Shown one piece after another: positions 23,839-31,808 of a DNA stretch of 32,000 nucleotides. A program made the position numbers and the translations under genes. Each line of letters begins with the position of its first letter. Position 1 is the stretch's first letter. Source of the DNA: Gemmata obscuriglobus (GTDB lineage Bacteria; Planctomycetota; Planctomycetia; Gemmatales; Gemmataceae). The notes under the pieces are model-generated. The model saw nothing but the letters and a program-made list of their open reading frames with translations, made no database searches and was not told the origin of the DNA. The DNA lies in the NCBI RefSeq assembly GCF_008065095.1, contig NZ_CP042911.1, positions 930,001-962,000 on the forward strand, given 5' to 3'.

Positions 23839-24510
23839 TCACGGCCGGGGGACGGCCGGCGGGACGAACGGCAGCGGCGGAATGTCATCGAGAATGGTCG
23901 GCGTGCCGGAGGGCAACGGCGGCACGCTCGGCAGCGGCGGACCTGGTAGCGGTACGGGGAGTTGCAGGTCCGGGGCCGGCACCGGAAGCGTGCTCGGCAG
24001 TGCCGGCACGGGCGTCGGCAGCGAGTCCGGTACCGGCAGCGGCGCGAACTTCGCGCCCGAATCGCTTGGTCGCGGCGGGTCGAACGGCTTGATGACCGGG
24101 AGTTCCGGTTTGGGCAGCAGCGCGACCGGCGCCGGCTCGGCGGGAGCGCTGACCGGCGGGCGGTTCTGCGGCACGGCGGAGCGGGGTGCGGCCGGCTCGG
24201 GTGCGACCGCGGTTTCGGTCGCGTACCGGTAGCCGAGCTGGTACTCGCGGGCGGACACGTCGGCCCCGGGCGCGGGGGGCGTCGGGCCGTGCGCGCGGCG
24301 CTCCGCGTAGCCGTCAATGAACCCGTCCCGGAACTCGTCCGAGAACACCCGATCCGGGTGCCGGTCGCGGACCGTGGCCCACGCCGTCCGGGCCTCGCGC
24401 CGCGCGTCCCGGGCGAACAGGGACCGGGGCGCGGCGTCGTGCCGCAGCGCCCCGCAGCCGGTCAGCACCGGGACGAGACACACCGCCCACACCACCAACG
24501 TCCGACCCAT
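23839..24510 (-). CDS. Proline-rich lipoprotein (223 aa)
   Basis: ATG at 24510 with gagagg upstream. MGRTLVVWAVCLVPVLTGCG has a lipobox. The structured N-domain is FSDEFRDGFIDGYAE, followed by a long P-rich tail. Confidence 0.6.
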   Translation of the reverse strand: MGRTLVVWAVCLVPVLTGCGALRHDAAPRSLFARDARREARTAWATVRDRHPDRVFSDEFRDGFIDGYAERRAHGPTPPAPGADVSAREYQLGYRYATETAVAPEPAAPRSAVPQNRPPVSAPAEPAPVALLPKPELPVIKPFDPPRPSDSGAKFAPLPVPDSLPTPVPALPSTLPVPAPDLQLPVPLPGPPLPSVPPLPSGTPTILDDIPPLPFVPPAVPRP

Positions 24511-24886
24511 GGCGACCTCTCGTTCAAGGGGCACACGGCGCGCGTGCCCGGCGCCGCACCGGGGCTCCGGCGCGCCTGTGGCTCCCGAATCACGCGCCAC
24601 CCGCCTTGAGAAGGTGAACCTGTTCTAAATCGGCCGAACGTAGCGATCAGATTCAGTGACCGGGGGAAATTCCGCGCCTGCGCCGGTTGCGCCGTCCGCG
24701 TCGTGTGGCAGAGTTGGCCCAGTACGGATGGCGGCGCCGGTTGGCGCGAGGGGCGGGCAAACGAAAGCGAACTACTCAGCTTGATTCGCTGCCCCCCGGC
24801 CCCGTAGCGGTCGATGAGTGCGACACCGGTTCGATCCATGGCACCGGCCAACCGCCTCTGATTTACAACCTTGAGGAGCAACTCAC

Positions 24887-25255
24887 ATGGCGAAGGCAGC
24901 AAAGAAACCGGCGGCCAAGAAGGTCGCCGCACCCGCCAAGAAGGTCGCCGCGCCCGCCAAGAAGGTCGCCGCGCCCGCCAAGAAGGTCGCCGCACCCGCC
25001 AAGAAGTCGGCGGCCAAGAAGGTCGCCGCACCCGCCAAGAAGGTCGCCGCGCCCGCCAAGAAGGTCGCCGCGCCCGCCAAGAAGGTCGCCGCGCCCGCCA
25101 AGAAGGTCGCCGCGCCCGCCAAGAAGGTCGCCGCACCCGCCAAGAAGTCGGCGGCCAAGAAGGCCGCACCTGCCAAGAAGCCGGCCCCGGCTCCGGCCCC
25201 GGCTCCGGCCCCGGCCCCCGCGACTGACACCACCGCCCCGGCCCCGACCACGTAA
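24887..25255 (+). CDS. Histone H1-like Lys/Ala-rich repeat protein (122 aa)
   Basis: ATG at 24887 with gaggag 8 nt upstream. MAKAAKKPAAKK(VAAPAKK)n...PAPAPAPAPAPATDTTAPAPTT. This frame has G/C at every third position of the repeat unit (gcc aag aag gtc gcc gcg ccc), whereas the other five open frames do not. Confidence 0.75.
   Translation: MAKAAKKPAAKKVAAPAKKVAAPAKKVAAPAKKVAAPAKKSAAKKVAAPAKKVAAPAKKVAAPAKKVAAPAKKVAAPAKKVAAPAKKSAAKKAAPAKKPAPAPAPAPAPAPATDTTAPAPTT
24914..25153 (+). repeat. Tandem 21-bp coding repeat (10 copies) in two blocks of 4 and 6 units, each closed by a 15-bp variant unit
   Basis: The unit is gccaagaaggtcgccgc(a/g)ccc. Units at block edges carry gcaccc and inner units carry gcgccc. 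Blocks span 24914-24997 (+15 bp gccaagaagtcggcg) and 25013-25138 (+15 bp). All six reading frames are open across the array. Confidence 0.9.
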
Positions 25256-25268
25256 GTGAGCGTCGTTA

Positions 25269-25320
25269 CGAACGCGCGGGGGGCGTCCGGGTAACAACCC
25301 GGACGCCCCCCGCGCGTTCG
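25269..25320. terminator. Bidirectional hairpin terminator (24-bp perfect stem, 4-nt loop)
   Basis: cgaacgcgcggggggcgtccgggt aaca acccggacgccccccgcgcgttcg, between convergent gene ends at 25255 (+) and 25325 (-). Confidence 0.75.
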
Positions 25321-25324
25321 GCAT

Positions 25325-26320
25325 TTACCGCTGAAGGAACCGGTCCAAAAACTCATAGGCCGTCTTACGCGCGTCGGCCGGGAAATCGTGGCCGGCGTCC
25401 GGGTAGACCGCCCTCAACCGGTCGGCGGCGCCGAGCGTTTTGTACACCGGCTTCGCCGCCTCGATCACGTCCCGCACGCCGCTCACCTCGAAGTTACCGT
25501 CCTTCTCCGGCGCCACCGCCAGAAACGGCCGCGGCGCAAAGCTGACGACCACGTCGGAGAAGTCGAAGGGCACCTTCTTGGGATCGCTGCCGAACTCGGA
25601 CGCGATCTTCGGCATGTACCGGTCGCTGGTCCAACCTTTCAGGTTCCCCTTGTAGTACTTCTCTAAGCTGCAGAACCCGCAACTGGACACGATCACCTTC
25701 ACGCGCTCGTCGAATGCGGCCGTGAACATCGCGTTGTGCCCGCCGAGTGAGTGGCCGATCGCCCCGATGCGGTCCGCGTCCGCCTCGGGGAGCGATTGCA
25801 GGTAATCGACGGCCCGCATGTTGTTCCAGATCGCCTTCATCGTGCCGGACTGGTAGTCGCCGCGCTTGAACGCCGCCGGGAAGTCGTACTTGTACTCGCC
25901 GAAACTGGGGTAATCCGGGGCGAGGCACACGTACCCGCGTTTCACAAGGTGCAGCGCCTGGGCCTTGCTGTCCTGCTTGCCCAACCCGACGGGCTCATCC
26001 TTACCGATGGCAACGGTCTGGTGCAGGCACAGTACTGCGGGCGCCCTCCGCTCTCGCGTCGCACCGGCGGGCACGAGGAGCCACGCGGGCACGCGGTCGC
26101 CTTTCTCTGTCGCGAACGTGACTTTGCGCCGCACGTACCCGTCCAGCTTCTCCTCGCTCACCACCTTCGGGTCGAGCGGCACCTTGCGGTCGGCGCCCGG
26201 CAGCGGCCCCATCGCCCGCTCCATTTTCTTGCGCAGGGTGGCACGGTCGGGAACCTCGTCGGCCCCAGCCCAGTCGGACAGCGATAGTAGGAGCGAAAGA
26301 ACGAGGAGAATGCGGGGCAT
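25325..26320 (-). CDS. Secreted alpha/beta-hydrolase (dienelactone hydrolase / acetyl-xylan-esterase-like)
   Basis: 331 aa from the ATG at 26320, with ggaga upstream. The signal peptide is MPRILLVLSLLLSLSDWAGA. The nucleophile elbow is GAIGHSLGG. The C-terminal YPDAGHDF supplies the catalytic His region. Confidence 0.8.
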   Translation of the reverse strand: MPRILLVLSLLLSLSDWAGADEVPDRATLRKKMERAMGPLPGADRKVPLDPKVVSEEKLDGYVRRKVTFATEKGDRVPAWLLVPAGATRERRAPAVLCLHQTVAIGKDEPVGLGKQDSKAQALHLVKRGYVCLAPDYPSFGEYKYDFPAAFKRGDYQSGTMKAIWNNMRAVDYLQSLPEADADRIGAIGHSLGGHNAMFTAAFDERVKVIVSSCGFCSLEKYYKGNLKGWTSDRYMPKIASEFGSDPKKVPFDFSDVVVSFAPRPFLAVAPEKDGNFEVSGVRDVIEAAKPVYKTLGAADRLRAVYPDAGHDFPADARKTAYEFLDRFLQR

Positions 26321-26511
26321 GGCGTCTCCGCGTGGGAGTGATACCAGGTCCAGTAATTTCCATTTTGTCAGGTGTGCGCCACCCGCCGGCTGACGCCGGC
26401 GGGTCGAACTGACACCCCGTCGAGCGTCCACTCTTCAACCGGGGCTGGCATGATGAGCGGAGCCGGAGAATGGGGAGAGAAGAGCCCTTTTCAGCCCGTC
26501 CGCTCCGCACC

Positions 26512-27384
26512 TCATTCCTCGCTCTCTCTCCCGGCGCGTCGCGAGCGCGGCTTCCTGGCCGCAGCGCGGGCGGCGCGGCGGGCCTCGGCGACGAGCGCGA
26601 ACAGGACGTGCGGGTTGGGCACGCCGATCACGTCCGTCAGCGCCCACGGGAGCCATTTGCCGGACTGCTTGACGCTCAGCTTGCCCTGCGCGACGGTGAG
26701 TTCCTTCAGATCGCGCCACGGGAGCAGCTTGCCGCCGTGCCGCAGGCCGGTGAGGTCCAACTCGAGTTCGCCGAACTCGAGCCGCTCGCCCGCGAGAAAC
26801 CGGTCCCGCGCCCGCGGCCACAGCGCGGCGAACGAGCGCGTCTGCACTTGCGCGGCCAGAGTGTCGTAGTCGGTCAGCGCCGGGCCGAAGTGCGCCTCCA
26901 CCCCGTCCTCGCGCACCACCGTGAGCCCCCCGTCCCACAGCTTGAACGTGGGCACGTCCACGGACAGCCAGCAGGCGAGCGGCTCGCCGCCGTCGTCGTA
27001 GGTGTACTCGGCGTCGTCGGCCCGCTGAACTTTTAAATGGACCCGTTCCACCTCTGCCCACGGGAACGAGTCCACCTCGCCGCGCCGCAACCGCAGCAGC
27101 CCGGTGGGGTACACGAGCACGTACAGCCCGCGGTTGCGGTACATGTGGAGCAGCAGCGACGCCCCAGACAGGGGCAGGAACACGAGCAGCAGCAGCTCGA
27201 CGTGCCCGAACGTAGCCGGGCCGTGGACCCACCACAGATAGTTGGCGACGGCGCCGTAGACGAGCAGCGCCACCCCGAGCGACAGCTTGGTAAAGAACCG
27301 CGCGGGGCTGATGCGAAAAAACGCGTCCGGGTCGCCCAGCTCGGTCACTGCCCGCTGGAGGTGGTCGTCGTCCGGCAGGTCCAT
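26512..27384 (-). CDS. Hypothetical membrane protein (2 TM + soluble C-domain, basic tail; 290 aa)
   Basis: ATG at 27384 within track ORF 26512..28053; the upstream part is antisense to the DAHP synthase gene. The TM helices are LSLGVALLVYGAVANYLWWV and LLLLVFLPLSGASLLLHMY. Confidence 0.6.
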   Translation of the reverse strand: MDLPDDDHLQRAVTELGDPDAFFRISPARFFTKLSLGVALLVYGAVANYLWWVHGPATFGHVELLLLVFLPLSGASLLLHMYRNRGLYVLVYPTGLLRLRRGEVDSFPWAEVERVHLKVQRADDAEYTYDDGGEPLACWLSVDVPTFKLWDGGLTVVREDGVEAHFGPALTDYDTLAAQVQTRSFAALWPRARDRFLAGERLEFGELELDLTGLRHGGKLLPWRDLKELTVAQGKLSVKQSGKWLPWALTDVIGVPNPHVLFALVAEARRAARAAARKPRSRRAGRESEE

Positions 27385-27511
27385 GCGGCCCTCGGGGTGG
27401 TGCGCCCTCACGTCTCTATAATACGGTTCCCCGTCCGCCGTTGGGAACGCGAAGCCGTTCGGAACTCCCGGGCGGGGGCGAACAGGCCGCGTCCGTCCCG
27501 AGGTTCCGTCG

Positions 27512-28525
27512 ATGCTCGTTGTCATGCAGTCCCAAGCCACGCCCGCGCAAGTCGGCAAGGTGGTCGAGGTGATCGAGGCGCAGGGGCTGACCCCGCACGT
27601 CATGCCCGGTGCGACCCGCACCGCCGTGGGCATCACCGGCAACACCGGCGCCGTCGACAAGTCCCTGTTCGAGGTGCTGCCGGGCGTGGAAGAGGCGATC
27701 CGCGTGACCAAGCCGTACAAGCTCGCCAGCCGCGAGATGAAGCGCGACGACACCGTGATCCCGCTCGCGCAGGGGGCCGTCGGCCCGGCCACGTTCACGC
27801 TGATCGCCGGGCCGTGCTCGGTCGAGTCCGAAGCGATGATGCTGAAGACCGCGGAGCACCTGGTGTCGCGCGGGGTGAAGTTCCTGCGGGCCGGGGCGTT
27901 CAAGCCGCGGAGCAGCCCGTACAGCTTCCAGGGGCTCGGCCTCGAGGGGCTCCGCATCCTGGCCAAGTGCCGCGCCGAGACCGGCATCGGGATCGTCACC
28001 GAGCTGATGGACACCGAGTACGCGGGCGCGGTGGAGGAGGTGGCCGACATCATTCAGATCGGCACGCGGAACATGCAGAACTTCTCGCTGCTGAAGCGGG
28101 TGGGGCAGTGCCGCAAGCCGGTGCTCCTCAAGCGCGGGATGAGCGCGACGCTGGACGAGTGGCTGATGGCGGCCGAGTACATACTAGCGGGCGGCAACTA
28201 CCAGGTGATCCTGTGCGAGCGCGGGGTGCGCACGTTCTCCGACCACAGCCGCAACACGCTCGACCTGTCGGTGATCCCGCCGGCCAAGGCGCTGTGTCAC
28301 CTGCCGGTGTTCGTGGACCCGAGCCACGGCACCGGGAAACGCGCGTACGTGCCCGCGATGTCGCTCGCGTCGCTGGCCGCCGGCGCCGACGGTCTGCTCC
28401 TGGAGGTCCACCCCGACCCCGACCGGGCCATGTCGGACGGCGCCCAGTCGCTCGACTTCGCGGCGCTCGACGCGCTGCTCGCGCGGCTGAAGGCGCTGGC
28501 CCCCGCCTTCGGCCGGACGGTGTGA
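27512..28525 (+). CDS. aroF: 3-deoxy-7-phosphoheptulonate (DAHP) synthase, type I-beta with N-terminal ACT/ferredoxin-like regulatory domain
   Basis: 337 aa, colinear with the Thermotoga-type enzyme as I recall it. MLVVM...VTKPYKLASRE...IAGPCSVES...LRAGAFKPRSSPYSFQGLG...IIQIGTRNMQNF...PVLLKRG...ILCERG.RTF...RNTLDLS...VDPSH...VHPDPD.A.SDG.QSL. Confidence 0.92.
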   Translation: MLVVMQSQATPAQVGKVVEVIEAQGLTPHVMPGATRTAVGITGNTGAVDKSLFEVLPGVEEAIRVTKPYKLASREMKRDDTVIPLAQGAVGPATFTLIAGPCSVESEAMMLKTAEHLVSRGVKFLRAGAFKPRSSPYSFQGLGLEGLRILAKCRAETGIGIVTELMDTEYAGAVEEVADIIQIGTRNMQNFSLLKRVGQCRKPVLLKRGMSATLDEWLMAAEYILAGGNYQVILCERGVRTFSDHSRNTLDLSVIPPAKALCHLPVFVDPSHGTGKRAYVPAMSLASLAAGADGLLLEVHPDPDRAMSDGAQSLDFAALDALLARLKALAPAFGRTV

Positions 28526-28528
28526 CGC

Positions 28529-28867
28529 TCAGCCGACCCCGTACCCGGTGTGTGGGCGCACCTCCGGCGGGTGCTCGGCGAGAACGATGTCCCCTTTCGG
28601 CACCCCGGCGCGCACGAGTTCTTCCGCGATCGGCCGGTCGGTGCCGTCGTACCGGACCCAGATCTTCCCGTCGATGATGTCGAGGTGGAACATCACCCCG
28701 TGCACGCGCCGGCCCCCGTCCCAGCCGAAGCGGACCAACTCGAAGTGATCGAGAACGGGGTCGAACACGACCTCGTACCGAATGCTGCTTCCCGGTCGCG
28801 CGAGCCAGCTCGCGTAACCGTCCAGCACGTGACGAACGGCTCTGCGGTAGCCTGTCAGCTTATCCAT
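28529..28867 (-). CDS. xisI: XisI-family protein (112 aa)
   Basis: ATG at 28867 within track ORF 28529..29110. MDKLTGYRRAVRHVLDGYASW...YEVVFDPVLDHFELVRFGWDGGRRVHGVMFHLDIIDGKIWVRYDGTDRPIAEELVRAGVPKGDIVLAEHPP is a close match to the XisI pattern. Its 3-prime end lies 3 nt from the convergent aroF stop. Confidence 0.85.
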   Translation of the reverse strand: MDKLTGYRRAVRHVLDGYASWLARPGSSIRYEVVFDPVLDHFELVRFGWDGGRRVHGVMFHLDIIDGKIWVRYDGTDRPIAEELVRAGVPKGDIVLAEHPPEVRPHTGYGVG

Positions 28868-28907
28868 CGGACCAGCCCGCGAGTGACCGGGTCGAATACG
28901 CGCGCCG

Positions 28908-29441
28908 TCACCCGGCCGCGAGTTGGAGCGTGCAGCCGTTCGGCAGGCACACCACCACCGCCTCGCCCGGTTCGATGTGGACCTCTTCGCACGGGTCGAG
29001 CGGTCGCCGCTGCGGGGACACGAGCCACGTCCCGTTCGTCGGCGGGCGCACGCCCCCTCCGGCCGCGGGTACACCGTTCGTGAACACCACGGCGCCGCCG
29101 CCCGCACCACGCAGCGTGAAGTGCCCGCGGCTCACGCTCAGGTCGTGTTCGCCGTTCATCAGCACCGACTGACCGCTCCCCGGTACCAGGCGCGTCGCCC
29201 GATACGCCGGGTCGAGGTACGGAACCCGGTGGTGGGGCGCGGCTCGCCCCACCACCGCCAGCGCGCCGGGCGCGAGGCCCAAGGACAGCTCGGGGAGCGG
29301 GACCGCCACCGTATCGGACCGGACCGCGGTGCCGACCGCGGTCCTCGGATCGGCCCACAGTGCGACGGGGGCGCCGGAGAGCAGGCTCAGCGAGCAAACC
29401 GAGAGCGGCTCACCGGTCTCGGTGTTAGTGGGGGCGTTCAT
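28908..29441 (-). CDS. FHA-like domain protein (177 aa)
   Basis: ATG at 29441 within track ORF 28908..29732. Candidate FHA signature residues are VVGR, then VSRGH (SxxH), then TNGTWL (NG), then a C-terminal IEPGEAVVVCLPNGCTLQL. The spacing between GR and SxxH is longer than canonical. Confidence 0.45.
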   Translation of the reverse strand: MNAPTNTETGEPLSVCSLSLLSGAPVALWADPRTAVGTAVRSDTVAVPLPELSLGLAPGALAVVGRAAPHHRVPYLDPAYRATRLVPGSGQSVLMNGEHDLSVSRGHFTLRGAGGGAVVFTNGVPAAGGGVRPPTNGTWLVSPQRRPLDPCEEVHIEPGEAVVVCLPNGCTLQLAAG

Positions 29442-29845
29442 GATGTGGCCCGTGGGGGCGGGGCGGGGCACGGTCCGACGCAGCTCGCAGTGTAGGCCAC
29501 ATCCCGCCGGAAATCGAGTGTTAATTAGAACGCCCGTCGCGGGGCCACGGGGCGAATTGATCACACCCAATCCGGGCGGTCGCGTCGCTTTTTGTGGCGC
29601 GAGCACTCCAGCGCTGTTGGCGCCGACGCGTCGCACAACTGCAACGAGTTGTGCCACAGAGGCAAAAGACGGGCACCCGCCAGCGGCCGCGGCGGGACGC
29701 CGCGGCCGCGCACGTTGATACACTTCGCGCAAACTCTTCGCCCGCCTGCGGCGTCTGACCTAGCGGGGGCGCGGACCCGTCACTTCCGTGTGCCCGATAC
29801 GCGTCTCCGTGCCCACACGTCCTCTCGTGCTTTCGGAGGTTCGCC

Positions 29846-31762
29846 ATGTCGCGATTCGGGGTCCGTGGCCGGCGGGTGCTGGCCGGCGGTGTTCCAGCGG
29901 TACTGCTCGCGGTGCTGGTCGGGTGCGGTCCGCGCGACGCCGAGCGCGCCCGGGCAGAGGCCGAGCGGGCCGAAGCGGCGGCCCTTGCCGAGCGGGCAAA
30001 GGCCGAGCAGGCCGAAGCGGCGGCCCGCGACGAAGCGGAACGCACGTCCGCGGGACCGGCTCAAATCACCGGCGGGCGCGACGAGTGGCCACAGGGCGAC
30101 ATCGCCCCCATCGGCAAAAAGGGAGAACACGCGCCCGGCCCGGCCCTCCCCGGCTTGCCCAGCCCCGCCCCGCTCGCCGAACCGGCCATGCCCGCCGGTC
30201 CGGACGCATTAGGGAAACGAATCGCTGCGTCGAGTGCCCCGTTCGCTAGTGTGGTCGCGAGCGGTGGCGGCGCGTTCGGCGGCGTCCGAGGCGCCGCGAA
30301 CAAACCGGCCCCCCGGGACGGCTACAACGCTCAGAACGCCGAGGCTTACGGGCGGTACCAGGAGAACGAGTTCCGCTCGCCCCTGGTCGCGGCGCTCTCC
30401 ACCTTCTCCGCCGACGTGAACACCGCCTCTTACGCCAACGTCCGCCGGATGCTCAACGAGGGCACACTGCCTCCCGCCAGCGCCGTGTTCCTCGCCGAGT
30501 TCGTCAACTACTTCCCGTACTCCTACGCCCCGCCGCCCGCCGGCGCCGACCCGGTGGCGTTCCACGTCGAAATGGGGCCGTGCCCCTGGAACGCCAAGCA
30601 CCACCTGCTCCGCGTCGGGGTGCAGGCGCACCAGATCCCGGCCGAGAAGTTGCCCCCGCGCAACCTCGTGTTCCTGGTCGACACCTCGGGCTCGATGCAG
30701 CAGGAGAACCGGCTCCCGCTGGTCCAGAAGTCGCTCGAACTGCTCGTGGAGAAGCTCACCGAGAAGGACCGGGTGAGCGTCGTCACCTACGCCGGCGACT
30801 CCCGGGTCGCGCTCCCGCCCACCTCGGGCGCCGACAAGAAGGCCATCCTTGATGTCGTGACCGGGCTCCAGGCGAACGGCGGCACCAACGGCGAGGGGGG
30901 CATCAAAAAGGCCTACCAGTTCGCCCGCGACACGTTTCTCGACGGCGGCGTGAACCGCGTGATCCTTTGCACCGACGGCGACTTCAACGTCGGCGTCGTC
31001 GACAACGGCGAGTTGGTCAAGCTGATCGAGGAGCAGCGGAAGTCGAAGGTGTTCCTGACGGTGCTCGGGTACGGGATGGGCAACTACAAGGACGACCGGC
31101 TCAAGGAGCTGGCGAACCACGGCAACGGGCACCACGCGTACATCGACACCCTCGACGAGGCCAAAAAGGTGTTCGTGGAGCAGGGCGGCGCGCTGGTGTG
31201 CGTGGCGAAGGACGTGAAGTTCCAGATCGACTTCAACCCCGCGAAGGTGAACGCGTACCGGTTGGTGGGCTACGAGAACCGTCTGCTCAAGGACGAGGAC
31301 TTCAAGAACGACGCCAAGGACGCGGGCGACGTGGGCAGCGGGCACCAGGTGACCGTGCTGTACGAAATCGTTCCTCCGGGCGTGAAGGTGGATCTGCCGG
31401 AGGTGGACGCGAGCAAGTACCAGAAGAAGGACGTGCCCGCGAACGCGTCGGACGAGTGGCTGACGGTGAAGATGCGGTACAAGCACCCGGACGAGGACGT
31501 GAGCAAAGAACTGACCGCGGCGCACAAGGGCGCGGTCGCGAAGGAACTGAGCGACGACTTCCGGTTCGCCGCCGCGGTGGCGTCGTTCGGGATGCTGCTC
31601 CGCGACTCGAAGTTCAAGGGCGCGATGACCTACGCGGGCGTACTCGAAGAAGCCCAGGGCGCACTCGGGGCCGACCCGAACAACCACCGCAAGCAGTTCC
31701 TTGAGCTGGTGCGGCGCGCCAAAGAGCTGTCGAACGTCCAGAAGCCCGGCGAGCCGAAGTGA
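29846..31762 (+). CDS. vWA-domain lipoprotein, YfbK-like (vWA + DUF3520-type C-terminal region)
   Basis: 638 aa, with ggagg upstream. The lipobox is LLAVLVGCG. An Ala/Glu-rich coiled stretch follows. The N-domain reads NTASYANVRRMLNEGTLPP...FVNYF. The MIDAS motif is LVDTSGSM. Then GGTNGEGGI, LCTDGDFNVG and VGYENR follow. Confidence 0.85.
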   Translation: MSRFGVRGRRVLAGGVPAVLLAVLVGCGPRDAERARAEAERAEAAALAERAKAEQAEAAARDEAERTSAGPAQITGGRDEWPQGDIAPIGKKGEHAPGPALPGLPSPAPLAEPAMPAGPDALGKRIAASSAPFASVVASGGGAFGGVRGAANKPAPRDGYNAQNAEAYGRYQENEFRSPLVAALSTFSADVNTASYANVRRMLNEGTLPPASAVFLAEFVNYFPYSYAPPPAGADPVAFHVEMGPCPWNAKHHLLRVGVQAHQIPAEKLPPRNLVFLVDTSGSMQQENRLPLVQKSLELLVEKLTEKDRVSVVTYAGDSRVALPPTSGADKKAILDVVTGLQANGGTNGEGGIKKAYQFARDTFLDGGVNRVILCTDGDFNVGVVDNGELVKLIEEQRKSKVFLTVLGYGMGNYKDDRLKELANHGNGHHAYIDTLDEAKKVFVEQGGALVCVAKDVKFQIDFNPAKVNAYRLVGYENRLLKDEDFKNDAKDAGDVGSGHQVTVLYEIVPPGVKVDLPEVDASKYQKKDVPANASDEWLTVKMRYKHPDEDVSKELTAAHKGAVAKELSDDFRFAAAVASFGMLLRDSKFKGAMTYAGVLEEAQGALGADPNNHRKQFLELVRRAKELSNVQKPGEPK

Positions 31763-31789
31763 GCCCTTCAGGAACGCGCCTCCTAGTCC

Positions 31790-31808
31790 GTCCCCTGCTT
31801 CAGGGGAC
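31790..31808. terminator. Short hairpin (8-bp stem) between convergent genes
   Basis: gtcccctg ctt caggggac. It overlaps the stop codon of the minus-strand gene. The loop is only 3 nt, so this is weak. Confidence 0.3.

Noticed and set aside
24820-24850. T-loop-like ggttcgatcc sequence, considered as a possible tRNA
   Set aside because: The flanking bases do not form a T-stem (accgg versus catgg), and no acceptor or anticodon arms can be drawn.
24914-25153. Regular 21-bp repeats considered as a possible CRISPR array
   Set aside because: The repeats are directly tandem with no spacers, and the unit is too short. They are in frame with a start codon and SD, and encode a Lys/Ala heptad with perfect G/C third positions.
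24462-25356. Five other ORFs spanning the tandem repeat (RRPSW, GGRGDLL, GAATFLA, RRSP and EGRRARQ repeat peptides)
   Set aside because: These are frame artefacts of the same repeat. Only the 24887 frame has an SD-ATG and optimal third-position G/C.
27385-28053. N-terminal extension of minus ORF 26512..28053
   Set aside because: It is antisense to the DAHP synthase gene and Ser/Thr/Pro/Ala-rich. The membrane protein begins plausibly at the ATG at 27384.
28529-28867. xisI as a marker of a developmentally excised or mobile element
   Set aside because: No recombinase (XisA, XisC or XisF type), integrase or flanking direct repeats are visible in the window. XisI homologues are widespread outside excision elements.
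30209-31687. 492-aa minus-strand ORF
   Set aside because: It is antisense to the vWA/YfbK-like gene and its translation is R/V/H/G/L low complexity.
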